Assembly (NCBI GenBank): GCA_963668315.1
Contig: OY764216.1
Location: forward strand, 2,816,001-2,880,000
From: Spirochaetia bacterium
GTDB lineage: Bacteria; Spirochaetota; Spirochaetia; DSM-2461
Length of the DNA stretch: 64,000 bases
Direction of reading: 5' to 3'
A program made the translations under genes and the position numbers. The notes under the pieces were generated by a model. The model saw nothing but the letters and a program-made list of their open reading frames with translations. It searched no databases and was not told the origin of the DNA. This document shows positions 25,743 through 35,027 of this stretch, one piece after another (the stretch's first letter is position 1; each line of letters opens with the position of its first letter).

Positions 25743-28073
25743 TTCTTCCCCTTCTTCGGAAAGAACCTGTCTGTAACGTTCCGGGTCAGCTCGGAAACCG
25801 ACGATTTTATTATCAACCGACGTACGGCTGATGGCGGCAGAAGCCTCTTCAATAAGCTGCTCCTTGTCGAGAAGCCTGCCGTTTCTGGATGTTACGCCTA
25901 TCCGTATATCCCGTTCGGGTTTTTCATTGACAAACACATCAAGTTTTTCCAGGGTTTCCACCAGATCAGAATTGGGGAAAATCATGGCAAAACCCTGGTC
26001 TCCCCACTCAAAAATCATATCCCTATAGGGAAAGTCTTTAGTCAAGTCTTCGGCGAAAGAGCGGTAGTCATCATCATTTTCCACCGTATTATCCCTGAGA
26101 TAGACAAAGCTTATATCTTCATTTTCCCCGGCGGCCCTTTCAATCTCCTGGGGCAGCCTGTCATCAATGAAGTTTTCCCAGCACACCTGTGAACGGGGAG
26201 AGTATAACTGAGGTGACTCATCCATATCAGAAGAATCAGCGGAAGATTCCTTTTCATCATCCAACTCTTCCATAAGACCATCGCTGGCCATAAAATCTTC
26301 AAGATCGGGAAGGTCTTCAATATCCTCGGTATCATCTATTTCAAGGGTTTCTTCGCCAAGGATATCTTCATCGCTCAGCTCTTCAATCAGATCATCCACT
26401 TCATCGGGGAGATCCTCCATTTCTTCATCATCTTCAAGTGACCCATCAAGGGCGTCTGAATCGTTGAATAGATCACCTCCCTCATCAAGTGACATAGAAT
26501 CATCATTGGAGAGGTCGAAGTCCATGGCTTCCAGTTCATCCTCGTCGGAGGATTCTTCGGGAAGGTCGAAGTCCATGGCTTCCAGTTCATCCTCGTCGGA
26601 GGATTCTTCGGGAAGGTCGAAGTCCATGGCTTCCAGTTCATCCTCGTCGGAGGATTCTTCGGGAAGGTAGAAGTCCATGGCTTCCAGCTCATCCTCGTCT
26701 GAGGATTCTTCGGGAAGGTCGAAGTCCATGGCTTCCAGCTCATCCTCGTCTGAGGATTCTTCGGGAAGGTAGAAGTCCATGGCTTCCAGCTCATCCTCGT
26801 CTGAGGATTCTTCGGGAAGGTCGAAGTCCATGGCTTCCAGCTCATCCTCGTCTGAGGATTCTTCGGGAAGGTCGAAGTCCATGGTCTCCAGCTCATCATC
26901 ATCGGAGGATTCTTCGGGAAGGTCGAAGTCCATGTTCTCCAGCTCATCCTCGTCGGAGGATTCTTCGGGAAGGTCGAAGTCCATGTTCTCCAGCTCATCC
27001 TCGTCGGAGGATTCTTCGGGAAGGTCGAAGTCCATGGTCTCCAGCTCATCCTCGTCGGAGGATTCTTCGGGAAGATCGAAGTCCATGGTTTCCAGCTCAT
27101 CCTCGTCGGAAGATTCCTCGGGAAGGTCGAAGTCCATGGTTTCCAGTTCATCATCGGAAGATTCCTCGGGAAGATCGAAGTCCATAGCTCCCAGCTCATC
27201 ATCGGAAGATTCTTCGGGAAGGTCGAAATCCATGGATCCCAGCTCATCATCTTCCTGTGCCATATCGGGTAGCTCAAAGTCTAGGTCGCTTTCCTCTAAG
27301 GAGGACTCGGGCATATCAAAATCCATGCTCCCGAGGTCCTCATCGGGAAGATTCATGTCAAATGAGCTTAGATCGTTATCTTCCTTGTCTTCGGGCAGTG
27401 CGAAATCATCATTTTCCCTTTCTTCCGAAACAAGTGAGCCCTCATTAATCTGCGAAGGATCCGGTGAGGGCGGTTCAAAAAAGTCATCATTCTGTCCCAC
27501 CCCTTTCTTTTTTTCTCTTACCGAAGTGGCGACCAGGAGTATAAGGGTCAAAAGGAAAAGCCCGGAGATGATATATATCGCCATCAGCAGCAGATCGTAA
27601 ATCTGACGGGGTGAAAAAGTTTCATGGAGGTAACTGATTTTCAGACTGGTGCCGTTAAGGGACATAAGAAATGACGCGTCCTGGGCAATTCCAACCGGCG
27701 GTCTATATGTGCCCTCTTCTATCTGTTCCAGAAGAAATAGTTCATTTTTCTGCAGATTGTCCATTAGACGGTTATTTTTACTTTCCAGACGAGTATAAAA
27801 AAGTCTGTTATCATCGGAATAGATGAGAAGCCCTTTTATCTCTGGTCTGCTCTGCAGAAATTCTTCCATATCGCCCTTGAAGGAGTCTGAACCGGGATTG
27901 CCCGTTTCCTTGAGAAGTGACGAAATCCTACTATTAACTTCGGGAAGGTTTTTCCTGAAATCGGCCTGACTATCGCTTGTTCCTGTGAAGAACGTATATC
28001 CTATCCAACCGGCAAGGATAATCAGGATAAGAACTACCAGAAATGAATATGTTGTTACTGCGGACTTCTTCAT
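25740..28073 (-). CDS. Two-TM membrane protein with a long acidic tandem-repeat linker and a C-terminal degenerate GGDEF-like domain
   Basis: TM1 at the N-terminus, TM2 near residue 165; MDFDLPEESSDEDELE repeats; tail YRDMIFEWGDQGFAMIFP...IRIGVT...LIEEA mirrors the GGDEF layout without GG(D/E)EF. Confidence 0.75.
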   Translation of the reverse strand: MKKSAVTTYSFLVVLILIILAGWIGYTFFTGTSDSQADFRKNLPEVNSRISSLLKETGNPGSDSFKGDMEEFLQSRPEIKGLLIYSDDNRLFYTRLESKNNRLMDNLQKNELFLLEQIEEGTYRPPVGIAQDASFLMSLNGTSLKISYLHETFSPRQIYDLLLMAIYIISGLFLLTLILLVATSVREKKKGVGQNDDFFEPPSPDPSQINEGSLVSEERENDDFALPEDKEDNDLSSFDMNLPDEDLGSMDFDMPESSLEESDLDFELPDMAQEDDELGSMDFDLPEESSDDELGAMDFDLPEESSDDELETMDFDLPEESSDEDELETMDFDLPEESSDEDELETMDFDLPEESSDEDELENMDFDLPEESSDEDELENMDFDLPEESSDDDELETMDFDLPEESSDEDELEAMDFDLPEESSDEDELEAMDFYLPEESSDEDELEAMDFDLPEESSDEDELEAMDFYLPEESSDEDELEAMDFDLPEESSDEDELEAMDFDLPEESSDEDELEAMDFDLSNDDSMSLDEGGDLFNDSDALDGSLEDDEEMEDLPDEVDDLIEELSDEDILGEETLEIDDTEDIEDLPDLEDFMASDGLMEELDDEKESSADSSDMDESPQLYSPRSQVCWENFIDDRLPQEIERAAGENEDISFVYLRDNTVENDDDYRSFAEDLTKDFPYRDMIFEWGDQGFAMIFPNSDLVETLEKLDVFVNEKPERDIRIGVTSRNGRLLDKEQLIEEASAAISRTSVDNKIVGFRADPERYRQVLSEEGEE
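26512..27250. repeat. Coding tandem repeat: about 14.5 copies of a 51-bp (17-aa) unit; the first two units are 48 bp
   Basis: Unit TCCATGGCTTCCAGTTCATCCTCGTCGGAGGATTCTTCGGGAAGGTCGAAG recurs at 26521, 26572 and onward. Confidence 0.95.
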
Positions 28074-28117
28074 ACTTTATAGTATCGAATGATTTCAAAG
28101 GGAAGTGTATATTTTTT

Positions 28118-29611
28118 TTAAGAATTCCGCGTCTTTATGATCTTCAGGGTATGAAGGAGTGATTTCTGCAGGGCTTTTTCCCCTTCATCATCATAAAAGG
28201 AGTAGCCCAAGGGGATCAGCGTGGGGGATACGGAAGAATTTGAGATGCCCTCTGTCCCCGTTAGGGCATTCAGCTCCTCTGCATATTGATCCAGCAATTC
28301 ATCGGCCCGACAGGGTATCCCCGGGTCGGTAAAGCCCTCTGCCAAGGGGCTCCAATTTACTGTCCATTTTCCCTGACCCTCTTTTTTCATCCGGCCACCC
28401 GTATTCGCGACATAGTCCCCGAGGTTCTTTTCATACTGACGCAGCAGGGGAGAGGTGTAAGTCCCGGTTTCCCGTGATTCAGTAAGAGAACTTCGCTCCA
28501 GAACGAAGTGGAGCAGACTGTTTTCACAGGGACAAAGGCGCCTCCCTCTTATGAGATGCCAGGAATGAAAATAGCTGCCTCGGCAATAGGGTTTTCCTTC
28601 TGGATAGGAAAAATCCGCACCCAGAAGGGTTATCTCATTAATGGAACTGTGTCTGATTAGGGCAAGTGCCGCCTGGGTGACATTTCCACCCGTTTCAATT
28701 TCCCGCAGAGGAAGGCGACCTTTCTTCCTGAGATAACGGCAGAGGGGATGGGGAGAGGAGAACCAGAAAATACGTGACTCCTCAATCCCCGGTGGCAGAG
28801 GAGCCCCCCAATCGGCGAAAACCCGGCAGGAGGAAGGGAGGTCTTTCATAAAATGCAGATAGCCAATGGCCTGGGGATCGATGGTGATAACCCCGTCCGG
28901 GACAATGCCTTTCTCCAGCAGGGCGGGAAGCGCCGTATCCACCGAGAGCAGGAAGGTTCCAGGAGAACGGCGGGATAACCGGGCCATTTCACCCTCCAGT
29001 CCAGGACCGGCAGCCGTGATAACTGCCCTGTCAAATCCCTGGAGCAGATCAGGAGTGAAAGGGGTGCGGCATACCCGGGAGAGGTTAAGAATGATGTGCC
29101 TCTGCCATTGTCTGCCCAGTCTTTTCTGGGTGGAGCAGTCGGAAGATATCTCCCCGAGGATTGATCTGATCATTCTTTCATACGGGGAAAATGTTTCCTT
29201 TTCCCTATAGGCGCGATGGGGAATAACCTGGAGATTCCCGTCTAGAAGAGGGTTATATAGTTCTTTCAGCCATAATGAAAGGGTCTCGTGGTCAGGACGA
29301 CAAAGAAGGTATACATGGCTGTTCGATAAGAGATCGTGAAAATCCAATGCCGTGAGCAGGCTTTTCAGGAGGGACCCATCGGGATCAATTATCAGAATTT
29401 TTGAATCAGCCAGAAAAGGACGGATCTGATAGCCCCCTGCCAGGCCGAAAAAGATTTTCATACCCTTGAGGGGATAAGTTGTTGTAAGCTTTTGCCCCTC
29501 CTTGAGGGGATCGAAAAGGGAGTGCATGGGAAAATCCCGTCCATCCCGGTTAATTCTGGGTACCGGATCGCCGGAACGGGAAAGGGTCACGTTCACCCTG
29601 GCCGAGTCCAT
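28118..29611 (-). CDS. Maf-type (MptE-like / MAF_flag10) motility-associated glycosyltransferase-family protein
   Basis: MHSLFDPLKEG, ITAAGPGL, SVDTALPALL, PDGVITIDPQ, GGNVT, LLGADFSY. Start set at ATG 29611 because the track start overlaps the upstream gene. Confidence 0.78.
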   Translation of the reverse strand: MDSARVNVTLSRSGDPVPRINRDGRDFPMHSLFDPLKEGQKLTTTYPLKGMKIFFGLAGGYQIRPFLADSKILIIDPDGSLLKSLLTALDFHDLLSNSHVYLLCRPDHETLSLWLKELYNPLLDGNLQVIPHRAYREKETFSPYERMIRSILGEISSDCSTQKRLGRQWQRHIILNLSRVCRTPFTPDLLQGFDRAVITAAGPGLEGEMARLSRRSPGTFLLSVDTALPALLEKGIVPDGVITIDPQAIGYLHFMKDLPSSCRVFADWGAPLPPGIEESRIFWFSSPHPLCRYLRKKGRLPLREIETGGNVTQAALALIRHSSINEITLLGADFSYPEGKPYCRGSYFHSWHLIRGRRLCPCENSLLHFVLERSSLTESRETGTYTSPLLRQYEKNLGDYVANTGGRMKKEGQGKWTVNWSPLAEGFTDPGIPCRADELLDQYAEELNALTGTEGISNSSVSPTLIPLGYSFYDDEGEKALQKSLLHTLKIIKTRNS

Positions 29612-29663
29612 GGGATCGGTTATTGAGGGGAACCCGTTAAACCGGTTTCCCGCCGCGTTGAGA

Positions 29664-31193
29664 TTAACCGATAGAAAATCGTTCAACCAGAACCTCCATT
29701 TCCCTGAACTGAGTCTTAATTTTATCTTCGGCAGCCCTGCGGGACCTGTTAATGTCTCTCCCAAGGATAAGTTCTTTTTTCAGCAAGCTGAGTTCTTCCG
29801 ATGCCAGGGTATAGAGGAAGTCTTTGAGATCATCAGTGTCGGGAGAAAGAAACAGGTCCGGATTATTGAAATGTTCTTCCGAAGATTCTGTCCAGGTTCT
29901 GATAACCGATTTCAGTTTCTCCCGGCGCTGCGGCAGGGGAGGGATGGCCAACTCCACCCACTTTTCCTTAAGAGGCTGTCGGCGCTTAAGGGCGGTTATC
30001 TCTTCCAAGCCCTCCACGGGAGGGGTATGGCCGGACAGCCGGTAGAGGGGAATAGGAAAGTCTCGTCCCCGGAACCATGTTCTGTACTGCTCCAGGGCAA
30101 ATCCGAACCTGAGGGAACCCTCCCTGTATGATGTCATCGACGCCGCCCGTTCAAAGTGAACCTGAAGTATTGAGGAAAAACGTCCCGTCCCGGACAGAAG
30201 AAAATTATCGAAACTGTGGGGAGAGGTATGACTCTTTATATCTTTCATGCACAGGTCAAATCCGGCAAATGTGATTGATGAGGCGTCCAGCGCAAGGGAA
30301 AGCTCCAGAGCGGTCAGCGCCACGGAGCCCGTTGTGTTCACCCGGGGAAGATGCCAGTTCTCAAGCAGGGCCTTTTCCAGAAAGGTCTGCTGATTGATAA
30401 CGGGATAGGAGTAAGCCCTTTTCCTGTTATCGGTTCTTCCATTCAAACTGATCCCGACGGGAATATCCGGGGGAAAGTGCCTGAAATGACGGCTGGCCCA
30501 ATAACCCGGATCCGTAGAAAGTATCATATGGGGACGGATGCCGCTGCCCAGCAGTGCTCTGACAGCCGAAGGAAGGGCAATATGGAAATATTCCCGATGA
30601 TGTTTTTCCAACTCCCCCATGTTCTCCTGAAGACTGGGGCCTGAAGCGGAGATAAGTACCGGTCTGCCCGTAACGGCCGGTATACGGGGAGAAGGAGAAC
30701 TCAGATAATTGATGACCGTATTTCTGAAATAGGCCTTGCCGAAACCTTTCACATGGGAATGATTGGCCTGAAGTATTTTTATCACCGAAGAAATTTGACG
30801 CCCGGCCAGTGAAGCCTCTTCGGGGAGAAGCCTGACCGCAGGGGGCCATGGCACATAGGCAAGAGAGTCGATGTCGCTTTCATGGATATGTTCGGCGAGG
30901 AATTTCTTGAGTCCCGAGTCCAGATCTCCTGTCCAGTAGGAGATCCTCTTATCTCCTTTCAGTGCCGGACTGAGTAGATCAAGGGGGGAAATTATCAGAA
31001 TCTTTCCGCGGGGAGTGCGTTCCAGGAGCCTCTCGGCGGCATATCCAAGTCCCGGTTCGAAAAGTATGAAAACCGTTTTATCCCCATAATCTCCCCTGTC
31101 AATGATACGATCAGCTTCCCTGATAGGATTGTAGGGGGAGTGGAGGTAATTTCCTTTGATTTTTACGTTGGGAAAAGACGGGGTTTCCTTCAT
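29664..31193 (-). CDS. Maf-type (MptE-like / MAF_flag10) protein, paralog
   Basis: LHSPYNPIREA, EPGLGY, ISASGPSL, STDPGYW, TGSVA, FAGFDL. Confidence 0.8.
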   Translation of the reverse strand: MKETPSFPNVKIKGNYLHSPYNPIREADRIIDRGDYGDKTVFILFEPGLGYAAERLLERTPRGKILIISPLDLLSPALKGDKRISYWTGDLDSGLKKFLAEHIHESDIDSLAYVPWPPAVRLLPEEASLAGRQISSVIKILQANHSHVKGFGKAYFRNTVINYLSSPSPRIPAVTGRPVLISASGPSLQENMGELEKHHREYFHIALPSAVRALLGSGIRPHMILSTDPGYWASRHFRHFPPDIPVGISLNGRTDNRKRAYSYPVINQQTFLEKALLENWHLPRVNTTGSVALTALELSLALDASSITFAGFDLCMKDIKSHTSPHSFDNFLLSGTGRFSSILQVHFERAASMTSYREGSLRFGFALEQYRTWFRGRDFPIPLYRLSGHTPPVEGLEEITALKRRQPLKEKWVELAIPPLPQRREKLKSVIRTWTESSEEHFNNPDLFLSPDTDDLKDFLYTLASEELSLLKKELILGRDINRSRRAAEDKIKTQFREMEVLVERFSIG

Positions 31194-32113
31194 TGCGGGG
31201 CTAGAAAACGTTCAAGAACCTTTTTCTCTTCACTGGGATTGTCCAGTCGCTCCATGGGAAGATCCTCCTCCTCAAGCTCATTGCCGAGGAGCTGGCCCAG
31301 ACCGAGAAGGAGCTGTTTTTTCAGCAAGGCTGAACCGGGAAATAGCTCAGAGGGCTGCAATATAAATAATTGGCTGCTGTCATCACGCAAAAGAGTCACC
31401 CTTTCGTTGAAAAAGGAGGAAAAGAGGGAGATAACTTCTTCACGGCAATCATGTCTATCCTTCAGGGGATCCAGAGAAGCGGCCTTATCAATAAGGATAT
31501 CCAAAGAGAGTTTCGTCAGGACTTTACCTTCACCTTCGGTGAGAATTCGCCGCAGTACATCTTCGTGGCCGAGACGGTCTTCTGTATTTTTTTTGCCCGA
31601 TTCATCGGGAAAGAGAGCCTTTTTCAGCTGCTCCATAACCGGTCTATCGTCAAGTACGGTCAGGTTTTCCCTGTTCAGCTTTCTTGTATCGTCCTCATCA
31701 AGCAAAACGATAACCAGGGCGAAGATTTCCTGATCCAGCTGACAGGATAATCCTATCAGAGAACCGGACCGGCCGGTTTCACGGCGGGAGAAATAGTCCT
31801 GATAGAGAGAAGAATCGGTCAACTCGAAAGAGTGGTTTCCCTTAAGCCAGGAGAGTATAATCTTTCTTTCAAAGATCATACGACGTTTCGATGTGACGTC
31901 AAATCCCTTTGTTTCCACCGGCAGGAAGGAATCGGTGTTCTCATGATAAATAAGGAGGGCCGCCTTTTCCGTCTGCCAGTGTTCGATAACCCAGCTCAGG
32001 AAAAGGGGAGCCCCTTCCAGAACGCCCATCCCCTCGCGGAAAGGACCGCCCTCTTTATCAGAGTGAAGAGATGGAAGGGATGCTGCAGAGACAACCCGAT
32101 CCAGAAGGCCCAT
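31190..32113 (-). CDS. Hypothetical protein (possible GAF-like N-terminal half)
   Basis: Translationally coupled to both neighbours; KAALLIYHENTDSFLPVETKGFD segment is GAF-like (inference). Confidence 0.65.
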   Translation of the reverse strand: MGLLDRVVSAASLPSLHSDKEGGPFREGMGVLEGAPLFLSWVIEHWQTEKAALLIYHENTDSFLPVETKGFDVTSKRRMIFERKIILSWLKGNHSFELTDSSLYQDYFSRRETGRSGSLIGLSCQLDQEIFALVIVLLDEDDTRKLNRENLTVLDDRPVMEQLKKALFPDESGKKNTEDRLGHEDVLRRILTEGEGKVLTKLSLDILIDKAASLDPLKDRHDCREEVISLFSSFFNERVTLLRDDSSQLFILQPSELFPGSALLKKQLLLGLGQLLGNELEEEDLPMERLDNPSEEKKVLERFLAPQ

Positions 32114-34866
32114 TATTTGGCTATTCCCAGTTCACTGAAGATTTTCTTGTATACCTCGAAATGTTCGCTTCTGGCAAATTCCTGAATCTTATCTTCGGGA
32201 AGAGCTTCAAGAAGCTGATCCATATAGGTGAGAACTTCCTTTATCTCCTCTTTAAGGTCGTAGGGGAGGGATGCCAGTTCATCGGAATCTCTCAGGGCGG
32301 ATATATCAGGAAAGGAGGGGATTTCATCAAGCACTGATTCCATCTCATTTTCTTCCTCTTCAATTTCTTCCGCCAATTCCGGTTCCGGTTCTTCCCGGTT
32401 CTCCGGAGAAAAATCACCCAGGTCGTCGGAAAGGGAAATCCCTTCCAGAAGTTCGTCTATATTCTCATCGTCAATGCTCAGATCTTCGGAGGGTATGGTC
32501 TCCAGCTCGTCGGAAGTGAGTTCTATTTCGTCGGAAGTGGCGTCTTCAATCTCTATGGAAAAGCTGCCCGAGTCTTCGTCAGTAATTTCGTCTTCTTCGT
32601 TTTCCGCAGAAAGATGATCATCCAGTGCCGGCTCCTCATCAAGGTCGAGGTCCAGATCCAGATCAAGGAAATCGTCCTCAACTTCCTCATCCTGGGTCAG
32701 AAGGCTTTCATCAAGGTCAAAACCATCCTTTTCTTCTGCAGCCTCGATCATATCCTCGAACCCGTCGGATTCCTCTTCGTCTTCCTCATCGGAGATTTCA
32801 TCGGTAAACCCGAGAGCTTCATCCAGAATGGTTTCGTCCTCATCGGAAATGATAATTTCATCGTCAAAGAAGATTTCATCGGCTTCCTCTTCGGGAATCT
32901 CTTCTTCGATGACGAGCTCTTCGTCTTCTTCGGGAGTCTCTTCTTCAATGACGAGCTCTTCGTCATCTTCGGAAGTCTCTTCTTCGATAACGAACTCTTC
33001 CTCTATGACGAGTTCCTCCTCATGGGAGAGTTCATCCTCAAGGACCAGTTCACCTATCTCCTCGGGAATATCGATCTGGGTAAAGTCGTTATCCTCGAGA
33101 TCTTCTATTTCAATCTCTTCATCTATGATTTCCTCATTTTCGGGTATCATGCCGTCAATAAGGGTGTCGTCATCGGAACCTGCGGGAGGCAGAGGAAATT
33201 CCGGTTCCTCTTCACTCCGGGGAAATTCAAGGGGCTCATCATCCCCTTCATTCACGGTCTGATCGAGAAATTCATCAAGGGAGGCGTCTTCGAACTCTAT
33301 GGAGCTCTCCTCTTCCATGAGATCGGAAAGAGGCTCTACAGAATCGGTCTCATCCTCTTCGGAAATGCTGTCCAGGGATATTTCGTCAAGCTGAATATCC
33401 TCCAGAGAATCGATTTCCTCCGAATCAAAAGTCTCATCGGAAAACTCTGAAAGGTCAACGCTTTCAATTTCATCGGTCTCGCTGAAGGAGCCCTCTTCCT
33501 CGAAGACGATATCCCCGTCCATGTCATCAAAGGAGACCTCTTCCCCCTCATCGAAAATGGTTTCATCGGGATTTTCTCCGGCGGCAGACAATTCATCGTC
33601 ATCTTCCGAATCAGCCGTTTCGCTTTCTTCCGAGGTAAGTTCGTCCTCATCGCCGCCCAATTCGCTCAGATCAATCCCCAGATCATCAAGATCCACTTCC
33701 TCTATCACCAGATCGTCATCGGGGGAAGCTTCCACCATATCCTCAATGTCAATTTCTTCCACATCATGGGAGGGTTCCACATCGTCTATGCTGACTACTT
33801 CATCGAGATCGTCCACATTGGACAGCTCCAGGGGATCACTCTCTTCCATGTCACCGGTCAGATCATCAAGGGAGACTTCTTCCAGGGAAATGTCTTCATC
33901 GTCGAGAAGATTGTCCAAGCTGATCTCCTCCTCATCCACATCACCCTGATCGTCAATGGTAATCTCGAGGGAGTCCATGTCGTCTTCCGCCATGCTTTCT
34001 TCATCTTCCCGGCCAAGGTTGGTGAGCATGGAGAGGGCGGGATCTTCGTCGGGCTCGGCAAGATCCATATCATCGACAAGTTCCAGAGGGGTATCGGCCA
34101 GTAGGTCCGACTCATCCTGGTATTCGTCTTCGGGAAGAGTTTCCCCGGGGGGAAGGGTAATTTCTATTTCTTCCTCTTCCGGTTCCTCCTCAAGGGCTGT
34201 GCCGTCAAGGATATTATCAAGCTCGTCACCGGTCAGGGCAATTGTCTCATCCAGATCGCTGTCATCGAAGAAGCCGGCTCCCTGCTCTTCACTGTCGACG
34301 GGAATGCTTTCGGGGGAAACTTTATCCCCTTCGTCCCGGGGAGCCAGGCGGATTGTACTGATTTCATTTTTCAGATCTTTGATTTCATCGCGGATAGTGG
34401 AGAGCTCTCCCTCTATCTTCGCCAGGATATCTAACTGCCTGGATGACTCCTCAAGGAGTTCCGTCTGAGCTTCAAGTCTATCTACCGCGTCTTCGAGGGG
34501 ATGGGGTTCGCTTTCGGGTATGTCATCAAAATTGGGAAGGGAATCCTCAATCGTATCCTCGATACTGGCCACATCCGAGAAATCGAGATCATCATCCATA
34601 TCACCGGCATCAAGGCTTTCGAAATCGAAATCCTCATCTCCCAGATTCTCGAAGTCAATCTCTTCATCATCCTCATTGGAGTGTAGTTCGTTGAGGAGGT
34701 CCTCTTCCTCTTCGGTTATGTAAAGCTGATCACTTTCGGAATCATCATCGATTTCAATAGGTTCCGATTCCATTTCCTGAATGCCGTCGGAGCCGGCTTT
34801 AACCCATACCCCGAATTGTTCCAGGTTGTCATCTTCCCGTTCTTTCTTTCCCTTATCCTTGGCCAT
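32113..34866 (-). CDS. Very acidic, largely disordered 917-aa protein with ordered N- and C-terminal caps
   Basis: D/E-rich throughout; N-motif LEQFGVWVK; coiled coil near residues 125-175; DETIALTGDELDNIL motif; C-terminal helices LKEEIKEVLTYMDQLLEALPEDKIQEFARSEHFEVYKKIFSELGI; GAGGAG RBS. Confidence 0.85.
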   Translation of the reverse strand: MAKDKGKKEREDDNLEQFGVWVKAGSDGIQEMESEPIEIDDDSESDQLYITEEEEDLLNELHSNEDDEEIDFENLGDEDFDFESLDAGDMDDDLDFSDVASIEDTIEDSLPNFDDIPESEPHPLEDAVDRLEAQTELLEESSRQLDILAKIEGELSTIRDEIKDLKNEISTIRLAPRDEGDKVSPESIPVDSEEQGAGFFDDSDLDETIALTGDELDNILDGTALEEEPEEEEIEITLPPGETLPEDEYQDESDLLADTPLELVDDMDLAEPDEDPALSMLTNLGREDEESMAEDDMDSLEITIDDQGDVDEEEISLDNLLDDEDISLEEVSLDDLTGDMEESDPLELSNVDDLDEVVSIDDVEPSHDVEEIDIEDMVEASPDDDLVIEEVDLDDLGIDLSELGGDEDELTSEESETADSEDDDELSAAGENPDETIFDEGEEVSFDDMDGDIVFEEEGSFSETDEIESVDLSEFSDETFDSEEIDSLEDIQLDEISLDSISEEDETDSVEPLSDLMEEESSIEFEDASLDEFLDQTVNEGDDEPLEFPRSEEEPEFPLPPAGSDDDTLIDGMIPENEEIIDEEIEIEDLEDNDFTQIDIPEEIGELVLEDELSHEEELVIEEEFVIEEETSEDDEELVIEEETPEEDEELVIEEEIPEEEADEIFFDDEIIISDEDETILDEALGFTDEISDEEDEEESDGFEDMIEAAEEKDGFDLDESLLTQDEEVEDDFLDLDLDLDLDEEPALDDHLSAENEEDEITDEDSGSFSIEIEDATSDEIELTSDELETIPSEDLSIDDENIDELLEGISLSDDLGDFSPENREEPEPELAEEIEEEENEMESVLDEIPSFPDISALRDSDELASLPYDLKEEIKEVLTYMDQLLEALPEDKIQEFARSEHFEVYKKIFSELGIAK
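32885..33020. repeat. Short coding tandem repeat (39 bp / 13 aa, about 3 copies)
   Basis: ELVIEEETSEDDE / ELVIEEETPEEDE-type units at 32908, 32947, 32986. Confidence 0.7.
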
Positions 34867-34896
34867 GGATATCTCCTCAGTACAATCTCTCTAAAC

Positions 34897-34923
34897 TTAT
34901 CGGCCGAATCGGGGGAAACATCA
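34897..34923 (-). promoter_or_regulatory. sigma28 (FliA)-type promoter for the acidic-protein/Maf operon
   Basis: Reverse complement TGATGTTT-N11-GCCGATAA versus consensus TAAAGTTT-N11-GCCGATAA. Confidence 0.72.
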
Positions 34924-34993
34924 ATAAAAAAAGCTTGAATTAGCTATAGAAACGTCTCCCATGGTCATTATAGAATCATATTAAAACAAATCA

Positions 34994-35020
34994 TCAAGTT
35001 TTTCCATTACTATCCGTTAT
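34994..35020 (+). promoter_or_regulatory. sigma28-type promoter for the ftsB-like gene, probably leaderless
   Basis: TCAAGTTT-N11-TCCGTTAT, 7 nt before ATG 35028. Confidence 0.55.
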
Positions 35021-35027
35021 AAAAGTC

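Noticed and set aside
26512..27250. Regular repeat array that could be mistaken for CRISPR
   Set aside because: Units are contiguous with no unique spacers, are multiples of 3, lie in-frame inside a CDS, and no cas genes are present
29612..29764. ORF-track start for the second Maf gene; similarly 44792 for the amidohydrolase, 50139 for phoU and 55119 for the STAS gene
   Set aside because: The extensions overlap upstream genes or lack an RBS; downstream starts fit better
26387..34723. Ser-rich and Trp/Pro-rich repeat ORFs in alternative frames (e.g. 26387-27277, 26779-27600, 32828-33262)
   Set aside because: By-products of low-complexity D/E codons in the acidic genes
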